DNA from: Patescibacteria group bacterium
GTDB taxonomy: Bacteria; Patescibacteriota; Patescibacteriia; UBA2196
DNA length: 64,000 nt
Direction of reading: 5' to 3'
NCBI GenBank assembly: GCA_028748975.1
Contig: JAQTPI010000003.1
Location: 33,064 to 97,063 of the forward strand
Every line of letters starts with the position of its first letter. Position 1 is the stretch's first letter. The notes under the pieces were generated by a model. The model was not told where the DNA came from, did not search any database, and saw nothing but the letters and a program-made list of their open reading frames with translations. Position numbers and translations under genes: made by a program. Of the stretch, positions 36,610-46,957 are shown one piece after another.

Positions 36610-36993
36610 AAAAACAGGTTGTCATCCCGAGGCCCGCTCCGCGTTTTATTGAGCGGGTTGAGGTGATCTCGTAGTTAATTTATCTTAATTTTATCATTCC
36701 TTTGATTAAAAAACAAAAAAACGGAAAGCTCGGGGCTTTCCGTTTTAATTTTATCAATATTAATAAAGGGCCAGTTTTACCAGCCGCCGCCACCGCCGCC
36801 ACCGCCGCCGCCGCCGCTCCCTTTGGGAGGAATTTCTGGGTCCGGGGTAGGATCCACACCAAATCTTATTGGCCGCTTATTCATTTTTAAAACCAACATA
36901 TGAGTGTAAATAGATTTTATTTATTTTAATCATTCCCCGACCTTTAACTAGGGATGATTTAGTTTAGAATTTAATTTATTCAAATAGAATACT

Positions 36994-37464
36994 TTAATCG
37001 TCTTCTTTTGACCGAGGCGGCGGCGTGTTTAGAATTTGTTGTTGACTTGCGCTTAAATTAATAGTGGCCCCCAGATCACCCAAATAGTATGCCTGCAAAA
37101 TTGACTCCGCACCACCAGAATGGGAAACACCGGGAGTTCTGTCTTTGGTTAAAAAAGCAGTAGTGCCATCCCGGCCACAAACGCTTAAAATTGTCTGGCT
37201 GCCGCCGGAATGAGAATAAATTAAAGAAGTCAGGTTATAAACCTGGCCGGAAATTATTGACCAGCAATCGGAAGCAGAATTGTGTTTGGCTACTTCCGCC
37301 ATGGTTAAATTAACCGGGCCGATGATGCCAGAATTATTAAGAATGGAATTTTGGCCGCCTAAATTATTTTTCTTTTCAGCCGAAAGCAAGCTGGCGGTAA
37401 TTAAGGCAACAGCCAGCGCCCAAAAAATAAAAAGAAAAACTCCGGTGAGATATTTTGTTTTCAT
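36994..37464 (-). CDS. Secreted cytochrome b5-like heme-binding domain protein
   Basis: Signal peptide, then AEVAKHNSASDCWSIISGQVYNLT…HSGG…CGRDGTTAF, which is the b5 fold signature. Confidence 0.65.
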   Translation of the reverse strand: MKTKYLTGVFLFIFWALAVALITASLLSAEKKNNLGGQNSILNNSGIIGPVNLTMAEVAKHNSASDCWSIISGQVYNLTSLIYSHSGGSQTILSVCGRDGTTAFLTKDRTPGVSHSGGAESILQAYYLGDLGATINLSASQQQILNTPPPRSKEDD

Positions 37465-38759
37465 AAGTTAAAATTTTCACTGATTATTTTTTTAGATTTG
37501 CCGCCCATCTTTTTTAATTGTCCTCTGATGGCTTGCATCATGCCGACCGGACCGCAGATGAGAATGGTGCGCTCGCGCCAATCCGGCACCAATTTTTCAA
37601 TAGCCGCGCCGTTTAAAAATCCGCTGGCTTCAGCGACCCAGACAATTGATTTAAAATTTTTAAAATTATTTTTGGAGTCTGCCAACTCCGAATTAAAAAC
37701 CACCTCGGCCGGTTTATTCCAGCTTTGGATCAAAACAATATCTTTTTCTTTATTTATTTCTTTGGCCAGAGATAAAAATGGGGTCAGGCCGATGCCGCCG
37801 GCAAGCCAAAGTTCGGGCCCGGAAATATTTTTCCCAAAACTGCCAAAAGGCCCTTCCACTAAAACCCTATCGCCGATTTTCAAAACCGCGAGTTTTTTAG
37901 TAAAATCACCGAGTTTTTTTATTACAATCCGCAAATCATTATTTTCTTTTCTCTCCACCAAAGAGAAAGGATGGCTTTCAGTCGGCAGTTCGGGATTATA
38001 GAAAGTAAAAAAGGCAAACTGCCCGCCAGAAATTAACACGGGTTTTCCCAAGGATTGCAGAGTGATATCAAAAAGATCTGGTTGCGGCTGTGTGATTTCT
38101 GAAATGGTGTAGGAAAAGCGCCGGCCGGCTTTTTTGGTCATCTGCAGGCGATAAATTATGCCAACCACGGCCAAAATTCCCAAAAGATAATAATATAGCT
38201 GCAGTGGCAAAAAGGCGGAAACATCGCTGGGCACCAATAAAATGTGGGGGTAAGTCAGGACAAAAACCAAAACCATGAATTTGTGCGAAAAAAGCCAGCG
38301 CTGATAGCTGGGCCGGAAAAAATAGGTCAAAACTAAAAGAAACATCAGGCCAAGCAGCGCCACAATGCCAAATAAAACCGGCAAGTTGTGAAAACTGGGA
38401 ATCAAAAGTTCGGCCGCGGCTTTGAGTGATCGCGAAACAAAGCGATATGCCAGAGCCAAGGGATGAACCAAAAGCAGACAAAAAGCCAAAGTACCCAGCC
38501 AATGGTGCTTGAGATAGACAAAATTCAAACCGGAAAACCAACGTTCCAAAAATTTGGCGCGCGAACTTAAAATAATATTGCCGACCAAAAATGACAGGCC
38601 GACAAGACCGCAAATTTGGCCAAGGCTGCGCCAGATATTAATGGTGGTGGTAAAACGAACCGAAAGCGGGATGGCCAAAATCCAGAGAATAAAAGGAATG
38701 CCGGCTAAAACCAGAAATAAAATTGTCCAGATAAAAAACGATTTGGAAAATATTTTCAT
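37461..38759 (-). CDS. Ferric-reductase/NOX-like membrane flavoprotein (FRE TM domain + FAD/NAD-binding)
   Basis: 6-TM N-terminal part with conserved His. HPFSL (FAD binding) and CGPVGMM (NAD binding) are present. A 4-bp overlap with the b5 gene indicates an operon. Confidence 0.7.
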   Translation of the reverse strand: MKIFSKSFFIWTILFLVLAGIPFILWILAIPLSVRFTTTINIWRSLGQICGLVGLSFLVGNIILSSRAKFLERWFSGLNFVYLKHHWLGTLAFCLLLVHPLALAYRFVSRSLKAAAELLIPSFHNLPVLFGIVALLGLMFLLVLTYFFRPSYQRWLFSHKFMVLVFVLTYPHILLVPSDVSAFLPLQLYYYLLGILAVVGIIYRLQMTKKAGRRFSYTISEITQPQPDLFDITLQSLGKPVLISGGQFAFFTFYNPELPTESHPFSLVERKENNDLRIVIKKLGDFTKKLAVLKIGDRVLVEGPFGSFGKNISGPELWLAGGIGLTPFLSLAKEINKEKDIVLIQSWNKPAEVVFNSELADSKNNFKNFKSIVWVAEASGFLNGAAIEKLVPDWRERTILICGPVGMMQAIRGQLKKMGGKSKKIISENFNL

Positions 38760-38866
38760 GTTTTTATTTTTCGATCAATTGGTTTGTTAGTTTGTCTGTT
38801 TGTCGACTGATCGGTTCATCTGTTTATTGGTTTGCTAGTTTATCAGATTATTAAATTATTAAATTA

Positions 38867-39493
38867 TTATTTTGCTGGTTTATACCCCCATTCCTCCAGA
38901 TTTCCCGCTCTAATTTCCAATTCATCGGCGCGGCGCAAATGGCGGATTTGCGCGCGGGTGAGGATGGAAAAATGTTTAACTTTGACCAAATATTCCGGGA
39001 TATAATCAATTTCCTTTTTGGTCGTCATCCAGCCCAGTTGATCAAATCTTTTTAAATTAACCGGCAAAGAATAACGGCGCAAGCTTTTATTTCCTTTTTT
39101 ATCCAGATATTCATGGAAATAACTCATGGCCAATTCGCGCGGCGAATTATAAATCGGTTCGCGGTAACGCAGAGCCGCGTGATTGGTCTTGGAAATGGCT
39201 CCCCACTTGCCAAATTTCTTAAAAAGCGCCACCACGTGGTCATAATCATTTTTACTGGCGGTTAAATCCAAAAGCAGGGGCGGCCGGCCATTAACCCTAA
39301 GTATCAGCGCCGCCAAAGTTGCGGCCTCAATGCAGTGGCAAATCCGCTTGTCCAAAACTGTCAGGGGCGAATAGCAGGTATCGCCGTGTTTTTCATAATT
39401 AATTTTCATGCCATCTAAAAAATCCTGGATTTTCTCCGGCGTGTCCAGTTTTTTAAAAAGTTTCCATTCCTTTTCCGGCAAAAAATTTTTCAT
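38867..39493 (-). CDS. Hypothetical protein, possibly transglutaminase-like cysteine-protease fold
   Basis: CHCIEAATLAALILRVNGRP resembles a transglutaminase-core Cys motif. It starts 3 bp downstream of the AbrB-like gene. Confidence 0.4.
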   Translation of the reverse strand: MKNFLPEKEWKLFKKLDTPEKIQDFLDGMKINYEKHGDTCYSPLTVLDKRICHCIEAATLAALILRVNGRPPLLLDLTASKNDYDHVVALFKKFGKWGAISKTNHAALRYREPIYNSPRELAMSYFHEYLDKKGNKSLRRYSLPVNLKRFDQLGWMTTKKEIDYIPEYLVKVKHFSILTRAQIRHLRRADELEIRAGNLEEWGYKPAK

Positions 39494-39496
39494 AAT

Positions 39497-39682
39497 TTAT
39501 TTTTTTACTTTTTTCTTCCAGTCTTTAATGATTAATTGCCGGCCATGGCGTGATACTGTTACTTTCTGCTTTTCCTTCCATCCGAATTCTTTAATAAGTT
39601 CTAAGGGCAAACTAACAACATAGCTGTGGCCGCTTTTCATAATTTTTCTGATATTTTCTTGGGTTAATTTTCGTCGGGACAT
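39497..39682 (-). CDS. AbrB/MazE/SpoVT-type swapped-hairpin DNA-binding protein (antitoxin-like)
   Basis: 61 aa. …SGHSYVVSLPLELIKEFGWKEKQKVTV… is typical of the looped-hinge-helix fold. Confidence 0.6.
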   Translation of the reverse strand: MSRRKLTQENIRKIMKSGHSYVVSLPLELIKEFGWKEKQKVTVSRHGRQLIIKDWKKKVKK

Positions 39683-39727
39683 ATTTTTTGATATTATTTT
39701 ATGTCATGATTATAATCATGACAGGAT

Positions 39728-40129
39728 TTATTTGCTCCAATTTAAAATTGTAATTGTTAATTGTAAAACCGTGGCAAAACAAACCCAAAGTAAATATGGT
39801 AAATTAATAAAACTTACCCATTTGGCAAAAGGAAAAATGGCTAGAAGCGCCCAAATTAAAGTCCCCAAAACCAAAAAAATATCAATGGCCGCGAGCAGGT
39901 TGTTTTGTAACCCGAATTGCAGGGGCGTAAAGAGCATATTAAAAATAATATTTAAGATAAATGGCAAAAGCACTAAAAAAGAAATCCGGCCTTTGAAAAA
40001 TAAAAAACCGACGTAGCCAAAAGAAGCAATAATGATGGCATAGAGCGCGATCCAAACCGGGCCAAAAAGCCAGGCCGGCGGCGCCCAAGTCGGTTTGATT
40101 AAAGTTTGATACCAAAGGGCAGTAGGCAT
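39728..40129 (-). CDS. tspO: TspO/MBR tryptophan-rich sensory protein
   Basis: W…KPxWAPPAWLFGPVWIALY is the family signature, in a 5-TM protein of 133 aa. Confidence 0.8.
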   Translation of the reverse strand: MPTALWYQTLIKPTWAPPAWLFGPVWIALYAIIIASFGYVGFLFFKGRISFLVLLPFILNIIFNMLFTPLQFGLQNNLLAAIDIFLVLGTLIWALLAIFPFAKWVSFINLPYLLWVCFATVLQLTITILNWSK

Positions 40130-40147
40130 ATATTTTTTTAATTAAAT

Positions 40148-40447
40148 TTATTCGTTCCCTTTTTGCGTGATTTCTTCAACTTCCTCTTCTTTAAAAAAAT
40201 CGGCCAAAATCTCTACTTCCTCATAATGTTTTTTTAAATCCTCTAATTCATCTCTTAATTTTTCAATTATTTCCGGATCACCTTCCTCTTCTAACAATTT
40301 TTCTGTTTCCTCAATCATAACTTTCAATCCCTCAACACTATAAACGGCATCATCATTACATTGTTTCATTTCTTCCGGATTTAATATTTTTATCTTGGGT
40401 TCTTTTTCCTTAGATTCTTTTTTTTTCGGCACCCACGCCAAAAACAC
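40148..40447 (-). CDS. Hypothetical acidic protein
   Basis: ORF only. E/K-rich. Confidence 0.35.
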   Translation of the reverse strand: MFLAWVPKKKESKEKEPKIKILNPEEMKQCNDDAVYSVEGLKVMIEETEKLLEEEGDPEIIEKLRDELEDLKKHYEEVEILADFFKEEEVEEITQKGNE

Positions 40448-40500
40448 TTCTCAATTTATCAAACCTAGGTGATTCAAATGGATTTCTCATATAATTTAGA

Positions 40501-40719
40501 TTATAATTTTTCAATTTCTTTTAAATCCTTGTCAGGCAGATACAACATTAAAAGTCCTACAACTATGCCAACGACGGCGGTCCAAAGATGGCTATTACCA
40601 AAAACTATTTTATCAAAGCCGTCCAAAACATACCAAATTCCCCGCCAAATCAAAACCAGGCCCACCACCACAAAAATATCTTTCGCTAACCGCCAAAGAG
40701 TCATAGAATTTTTTTTCAT
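40501..40719 (-). CDS. Small two-TM membrane protein
   Basis: 72 aa with two hydrophobic helices. Confidence 0.4.
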   Translation of the reverse strand: MKKNSMTLWRLAKDIFVVVGLVLIWRGIWYVLDGFDKIVFGNSHLWTAVVGIVVGLLMLYLPDKDLKEIEKL

Positions 40720-40828
40720 AAAATTTTATTTTGTTTAATTAAATAGTTTTTAGTCTGGCGGATATAAGGATAACTTGATTATTAATAACTTTATTTTAGC
40801 ATCTTTCAGATAAAAATAAAATCCGCTC

Positions 40829-41092
40829 CTACTGAATGAGTCGGAGCGGCTGTTTGTTGCGCAGGAAGGGAAAATTTTTGACTTCGGGAAGAAATTCAAA
40901 CTTGGTTTTATTTTCTTGAGTTTCCTCGTCAAAATAATAAAAGAAAGTCCAGCCGGAAAAGAAAAGGTCACCTTCATCATCAACAATTAATTCAAAAAAG
41001 GTGTCTTCATCGGCAAAGAGCCAGGAGCTGACCATGCCATCTTGATATTCCACCGCGCCTAACGGAATTAAACCGTCTTCTTCCCCAGCCAT
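40829..41092 (-). CDS. Hypothetical acidic protein
   Basis: ORF only. Confidence 0.3.
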   Translation of the reverse strand: MAGEEDGLIPLGAVEYQDGMVSSWLFADEDTFFELIVDDEGDLFFSGWTFFYYFDEETQENKTKFEFLPEVKNFPFLRNKQPLRLIQ

Positions 41093-41234
41093 GTTTCCTC
41101 CTGAATGAATTTGATTATTTAAGGAAATAATACTGAATTAATTTTAGCATAATTTAAATAAAAAAGAAAAGAGAGCTGGGTAAGACCATGCTCTCTTTGA
41201 TATTTTTATGATTCAACTCTTTTTTCTTGGTTTG

Positions 41235-41792
41235 TCAGGCACATTTCTTGGCGGCTCGCTGGCGTTTTTGATAATTTTTCTGGGCGGCGATCATTTGGTT
41301 GACTTTGAATACACCCTGCTCATACGCCAATACGAATTTGGCGGTCGGGATGATGTAGTGCTCCCCGTCAATTTCGAAAAACTCCAGCAGGCCCAGGCGC
41401 TCAAGGCGCCGCAAGTCACAGATGTAAAAGAGATATTCCCGACCGGGAGGAGAAGGAAATATTTCCACTGCCGGGCCATCTTCCTCCTTTTCGGTCAATA
41501 CCGGGATAAGGTGAGGAACCTTTTTCCACCACCCCATCTTCTCTGTGCCAAAGAAAAAGCGCTTAACGCTCATGCCGGACCAGTTCGGCAATTTGGCTCT
41601 GATTTGAATATTGGCAAAACGCGTAGCGACAATTTCGGGCTCACATTTGCCAAAATTGAAGAAGTCTGATCCATCACAAATCGGTTCGGAAGTTGCCGGA
41701 CGCGATTTAAAAAAGCGCGTCGGGTGCGTTTCGGGCAGAATCACGAAACCGGTTGTTTCCACCTTTTTCTCTTTCTTTTCTTTGTTTGCCAC
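41235..41792 (-). CDS. Hypothetical protein (GTG start) behind a consensus promoter
   Basis: The minus strand reads TTGACA-acaaattttatatttgc-TATAAT, then the hairpin ttagcccgaatgaggctaa, then AAGGAGGaataagcGTG. Confidence 0.45.
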   Translation of the reverse strand: MANKEKKEKKVETTGFVILPETHPTRFFKSRPATSEPICDGSDFFNFGKCEPEIVATRFANIQIRAKLPNWSGMSVKRFFFGTEKMGWWKKVPHLIPVLTEKEEDGPAVEIFPSPPGREYLFYICDLRRLERLGLLEFFEIDGEHYIIPTAKFVLAYEQGVFKVNQMIAAQKNYQKRQRAAKKCA

Positions 41793-41951
41793 GCTTATTC
41801 CTCCTTAAGTTTGGGATTGTTTATTTTTAGCCTCATTCGGGCTAATAATTACATTATAGCAAATATAAAATTTGTTGTCAAGAATGACAAATAAAATAGT
41901 AGGTTTTGGCAAAAAATAAAAATTCCTTCGAAGTTGTTTCGAAGGAATTAT

Positions 41952-42440
41952 TTAAGAAAATGAGGGAAGTTTTTTGGCCAAAACTACTACCACACAAACT
42001 TTTTTCCTGGGCGGCCATTCCAACTGCAAGCCAGCTTGACGGCAGGTCTTTGTTAGATTCACACCCATAGCTTCCGCGTTCATGAGGACGGTATAACCCG
42101 CTGGCGTTCTTTTTTGAATAAAATTACGTAAAACAGCGCGCAAATGACCTTGCCAGTGGCGCGAATTGCGCAGCGCCCGCTCACTCCAAGCTGGATGCTG
42201 TTTTTTTCTTAATTTCAGATAAGCTCCAAAATCAAAAATGACCGCGGCTAAAAATATTTGGGGCTGAAAAATTTTGGAAAAAAATTCCGCTTGCGGCGGG
42301 CAACCAATTTTTTTGCCAAAGTTGGGGCAACCGCGCGGATGCTCGCAGTATGGAACCAGGCACAAACGTGGTATTTTTTTATTAACACTGGCCCTGACTG
42401 GCCCTAAAAAAACCGTTTTCTTTTTGATGGCCGAAAGCAT
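41952..42440 (-). CDS. Hypothetical Cys-rich protein (CxxxxxxCPxxGxxxxCPP)
   Basis: ORF only. A possible metal-binding N-terminus. Confidence 0.35.
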   Translation of the reverse strand: MLSAIKKKTVFLGPVRASVNKKIPRLCLVPYCEHPRGCPNFGKKIGCPPQAEFFSKIFQPQIFLAAVIFDFGAYLKLRKKQHPAWSERALRNSRHWQGHLRAVLRNFIQKRTPAGYTVLMNAEAMGVNLTKTCRQAGLQLEWPPRKKVCVVVVLAKKLPSFS

Positions 42441-42442
42441 GA

Positions 42443-42889
42443 TTAATTCCTCCTAAAACGATTAATTTTGTCATGGTTTTTCAAAATACCATTTAGTTTC
42501 TCGGCTGCCTGATTTTCAAATTCATCAACTAATTTTTGGATTTCCTTTTTCAATTTTTTTATCAATTTGGCATTTTTCTGATAACGAAACAATTCGCCCA
42601 AATTGAATTGGCGCCAAAATCTTCCCTCAAGATAGTCCTGGAGAGCGACGGAGGTGGAGGGGTTTGCCAGCCAGAAATCGCAGGCTCCCGGCCCTAATTT
42701 TTTATCTTTTTTATTACGGAATTCAAAACGAGAATGTCCGTACGCCCGCACAAAAATGACGCCTTTTTTATTCTGAATAACAATTCTATTTAAGCCAATG
42801 ATGGAAGAAAGAGAAATAATTAAACTCTTTCCTGGGCCAACTGAAAAGTCGGTATGCTGGGTGAGACGGTTTTTTTTAGCCATAAACAT
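42443..42889 (-). CDS. Hypothetical protein
   Basis: ORF only. Its end abuts the downstream gene start (42440 to 42443), so the two are probably co-transcribed. Confidence 0.35.
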   Translation of the reverse strand: MFMAKKNRLTQHTDFSVGPGKSLIISLSSIIGLNRIVIQNKKGVIFVRAYGHSRFEFRNKKDKKLGPGACDFWLANPSTSVALQDYLEGRFWRQFNLGELFRYQKNAKLIKKLKKEIQKLVDEFENQAAEKLNGILKNHDKINRFRRN

Positions 42890-43141
42890 CCTCCTGTTGA
42901 TTCGCTATGGAAAGGTTCTATTTTATTTTATATTTCTGCCCAAAACTCGGGGGGTGGAATTCCTTCTCCCCCGTCGCTCGCCGTGCCTGCCGGCACAGGG
43001 CTCGCTTCCTCCTCCGAAGCCCGGGTCATAAAAAATATGAAGCAGTTCATATTTTTTCTGTACCCTTCGAATCCCACTTAATTTAAAAAATATAAATTAC
43101 AAATTAAATAATTATTTTTAAATTTTTAATTCTGCCCAAAG

Positions 43142-43213
43142 CTCGGGGGGTGGGATTCGAACCCACGACCAATTGATTAACAGTCAACTGCTCTACCACT
43201 GAGCTACCCCCGA
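43142..43213 (-). tRNA. tRNA-Asn (anticodon GTT)
   Basis: The reverse complement UCGGGGG…GCUCAGUGGUAGAGC…CUGUUAA…GGGUUCGAAUCCCAC…CCCCCGA G forms a cloverleaf. Confidence 0.8.
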
Positions 43214-43240
43214 GTTCTGGGCAGAAATTATTTTTAAATT

Positions 43241-43582
43241 TTATAAACCGCTAAAATTAACTATTTGTTCCCAGTCAATCAAAAAAACATCATATAATTT
43301 TCTTAAATCTTCAATGGAATAAAAAACGCGGCTATCACTGACGATCCTGACGAGCTTATCAACAATAATTCTGTTTGCCTTTATTTTTTCTCCCTTTATA
43401 ATCATTTCTGGCATTACCGACAATTCTTCTTTTATCAAACCGGGTTCAATTTCTGTGTTTAATTTTTCCAATTCTTCCGCAAATTTTACTTTAGCTAATT
43501 CAATAAATTTAGGGTCCAAAATACTCTTGATTTTCTCCTTATTTTTTTCTCTCATTAATTTTAATTTTTCTTCAAAAGACAT
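43241..43582 (-). CDS. Hypothetical protein
   Basis: ORF only. Confidence 0.3.
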   Translation of the reverse strand: MSFEEKLKLMREKNKEKIKSILDPKFIELAKVKFAEELEKLNTEIEPGLIKEELSVMPEMIIKGEKIKANRIIVDKLVRIVSDSRVFYSIEDLRKLYDVFLIDWEQIVNFSGL

Positions 43583-43585
43583 ATT

Positions 43586-44155
43586 TTATTTTACGGCCGG
43601 TTCGGCAACTTTGTCAATGGAAACTAATTCTACTTCAAAAATCAGGGGGCTGTTTGGCGGAATGACGTTGCCCGCGCCCTGCTCGCCATAAGCCAGATTG
43701 GCAGGAATTAATAATTTTCTTATTTCACCAACCTGCATGCCGATGATTCCCTGATCCCAGCCAGGAATGACTTGGCCCACGCCAATGATTAATTGCAGGG
43801 GCTGCCCGCGGTCGCGGCTGGAATCAAATTTTGTGCCGTTTATTAAAGTTCCAACATAGTGCACGGTGATGGTGTCGCCTGGCTGAACTTTTTGTTCGCC
43901 CGAACCGGGTTTAAGAATCTGCGCCATTAATTCTTTAATTTCAGTGGGTGTTTCTGTTTGGTTGGTGGTATTCATATTGTTTATGTTTGTATTAGTGTTG
44001 GTATTAATATCCTCCACTCCTTTAACCGCGCAGACTTCGGAATTTGTCTGACCTCTTTTTTCTAAACTAACTTGATAGCCCAAAAAGCCCAAAACAAAAT
44101 AGCCGATTAAAAACGCAAGGATTAAAGTGAAAATTATGGTGAGGATGGTTTTCAT
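43586..44155 (-). CDS. FKBP-type peptidyl-prolyl cis-trans isomerase, membrane-anchored
   Basis: …GDTITVHYVGTLINGTKFDSSRDRGQPLQLIIGVGQVIPGWDQGIIGMQVGEIRKLLIP…GAGNVIPPNSPLIFEVEL. The N-terminus is trimmed out of a GC-hairpin element. Confidence 0.8.
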   Translation of the reverse strand: MKTILTIIFTLILAFLIGYFVLGFLGYQVSLEKRGQTNSEVCAVKGVEDINTNTNTNINNMNTTNQTETPTEIKELMAQILKPGSGEQKVQPGDTITVHYVGTLINGTKFDSSRDRGQPLQLIIGVGQVIPGWDQGIIGMQVGEIRKLLIPANLAYGEQGAGNVIPPNSPLIFEVELVSIDKVAEPAVK

Positions 44156-44297
44156 AAACGAAATATGTTCATAGTTGTCATTCCGAGCGGAGCGAGGAAT
44201 CCCTTCGCCTTTCTCATGTGGAAAGTATAAGCGATTTCTCCACTTCGCGCCTCGCCCTCGGGGGCTCGGCGCTTCGGTCGAAATGACAAACAAATAG

Positions 44298-44326
44298 TTG
44301 ACAATAAATTTTTGTTATGCTAAAAT
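44298..44326 (+). promoter_or_regulatory. Consensus promoter TTGACA-17-TAAAAT (identical copy at 46400-46428)
   Basis: ttgacaataaatttttgttatgctaaaatggtaatag is repeated verbatim upstream of the 46480 ORF. Confidence 0.6.
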
Positions 44327-44410
44327 GGTAATAGCTGGTAGAAATAAATCATTTGGGCTTATTTCGAGCCAGAATTCTTTGAACAAATCAAATAAAAAGG
44401 GGGAATAATT

Positions 44411-44842
44411 ATGTGTGATAATAACAAAATTTTCAATTTTGGCGATGGTTCACATGATGCAGCAAAATTTATTCTTGGAGTTTTTGTTTTTTTAATCTTA
44501 CTTAATTTATGGACCGTTTTTCATCATGACCACGGAAACACCGCTATTGCTAGTAAAAACACTGGGATGTGGCAAATCTATGATCTAAACAAAGAATTAC
44601 AAAGTACAAAAACCCGCGCGCTCTGTGTTATTAAACTACGAAAAGAATACTTTCAACTCGCTCAAGAGAACAACTACTATGCGCACGATTATGTTGAATT
44701 ACAAAACGAAGAGAATTTATCACGAGAATATTATGAGAAATTAATACGAAAATATAATCAACTGATGAATATAAACTACAGTCTCTTGGGTAGTAGCCCA
44801 TTGGCGGCTACTCTGCACATCAAAAACGATTTACCTCTATAA
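44411..44842 (+). CDS. Hypothetical 143-aa protein with an N-terminal TM helix (antisense cassette)
   Basis: Its own promoter and RBS (aaaaaGGGGGaataattATG). The terminator cccgtctcg…cgagcggg + T-run at 44849-44882 is followed by ATTTGTCAAAAAA. Confidence 0.45.
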   Translation: MCDNNKIFNFGDGSHDAAKFILGVFVFLILLNLWTVFHHDHGNTAIASKNTGMWQIYDLNKELQSTKTRALCVIKLRKEYFQLAQENNYYAHDYVELQNEENLSREYYEKLIRKYNQLMNINYSLLGSSPLAATLHIKNDLPL

Positions 44843-45063
44843 AACCATCCCGTCTCGGTTCATAATCGAGCGGGCTTTTTTATTTGTCAAAAAATATTTT
44901 CTGAATTTATATGTGCCAAGCGGCTGACCCCCTCCGCCCTGCTGGGCGACTCCCCCTTAGCAAGGGGGAGAGATTTAAACTCCCCTCCTTTATAAGGAGG
45001 GGGTTGGGGGAGGTAAGTCGTCGCCCTTATTACTTATTACTAGTTACTTATTACCCCCTGAGT

Positions 45064-46398
<1,335 letters not shown>

Positions 46399-46399
46399 A

Positions 46400-46428
46400 T
46401 TGACAATAAATTTTTGTTATGCTAAAAT
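46400..46428 (+). promoter_or_regulatory. Consensus promoter, exact copy of 44298-44326
   Basis: Identical 37-bp string. The TTGACA starts 2 nt from the rpoD start codon (46396-46398). Confidence 0.6.
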
Positions 46429-46479
46429 GGTAATAGTAAATTCGCGCGCAAACAATAACAACTCAAAAAAGGAGAAAAG

Positions 46480-46896
46480 ATGAACGCACTTTACTGGGAA
46501 GCTGCGTTGGCCGGGATTCTTTTTGGCACCTATCCTCTTTTTATAAACCGAAGTGGACTTAATGGTAATGTGGCAGCCGGATTTTATTGCCTGATGTGCC
46601 TCGTTGTAATTCTACCACTTGCCTTGCGTAGTATCGACAACGCGGAATTAGCCAAAGCAAATTGGGTTATGGCAATTACTGCTAGCATTATTGGAGCAAT
46701 TGGCACTTTGGCTTTAAACGACTTTTTGTTTAAAACAAAGAGGTCTCCGGAAAAAGCTGCTTCATTATATTTAATAATGTTAATGATTCAGATTTCCGTA
46801 CCGGCCTTTTACAAGTGCATCATTACCCGCCAAGTTTCGCTTGCCAAAATCATTGGTTTTCTTGCCGCTATTTTAGCCGCTTTTCTTTTGCGATAA
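46480..46896 (+). CDS. Hypothetical 4-TM membrane protein (DMT/EamA-like half-transporter) in an antisense cassette between dnaG and rpoD
   Basis: Four hydrophobic helices in 138 aa. The RBS is aaaaaGGAGaaaagATG. A terminator with the TTTTTATTTGTCAAAAAA tail lies at 46915-46941. Confidence 0.45.
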   Translation: MNALYWEAALAGILFGTYPLFINRSGLNGNVAAGFYCLMCLVVILPLALRSIDNAELAKANWVMAITASIIGAIGTLALNDFLFKTKRSPEKAASLYLIMLMIQISVPAFYKCIITRQVSLAKIIGFLAAILAAFLLR

Positions 46897-46957
46897 TTTT
46901 TTCACTCAACTGCTAAAGCCCTTTTTCACTAGGGCTTTTTATTTGTCAAAAAATATT

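Noticed and set aside
38068-38613. 181-aa minus-strand ORF inside the ferric-reductase gene
   Set aside because: It is an alternative frame of a gene with strong domain evidence. Its composition is low-complexity and it has no start context.
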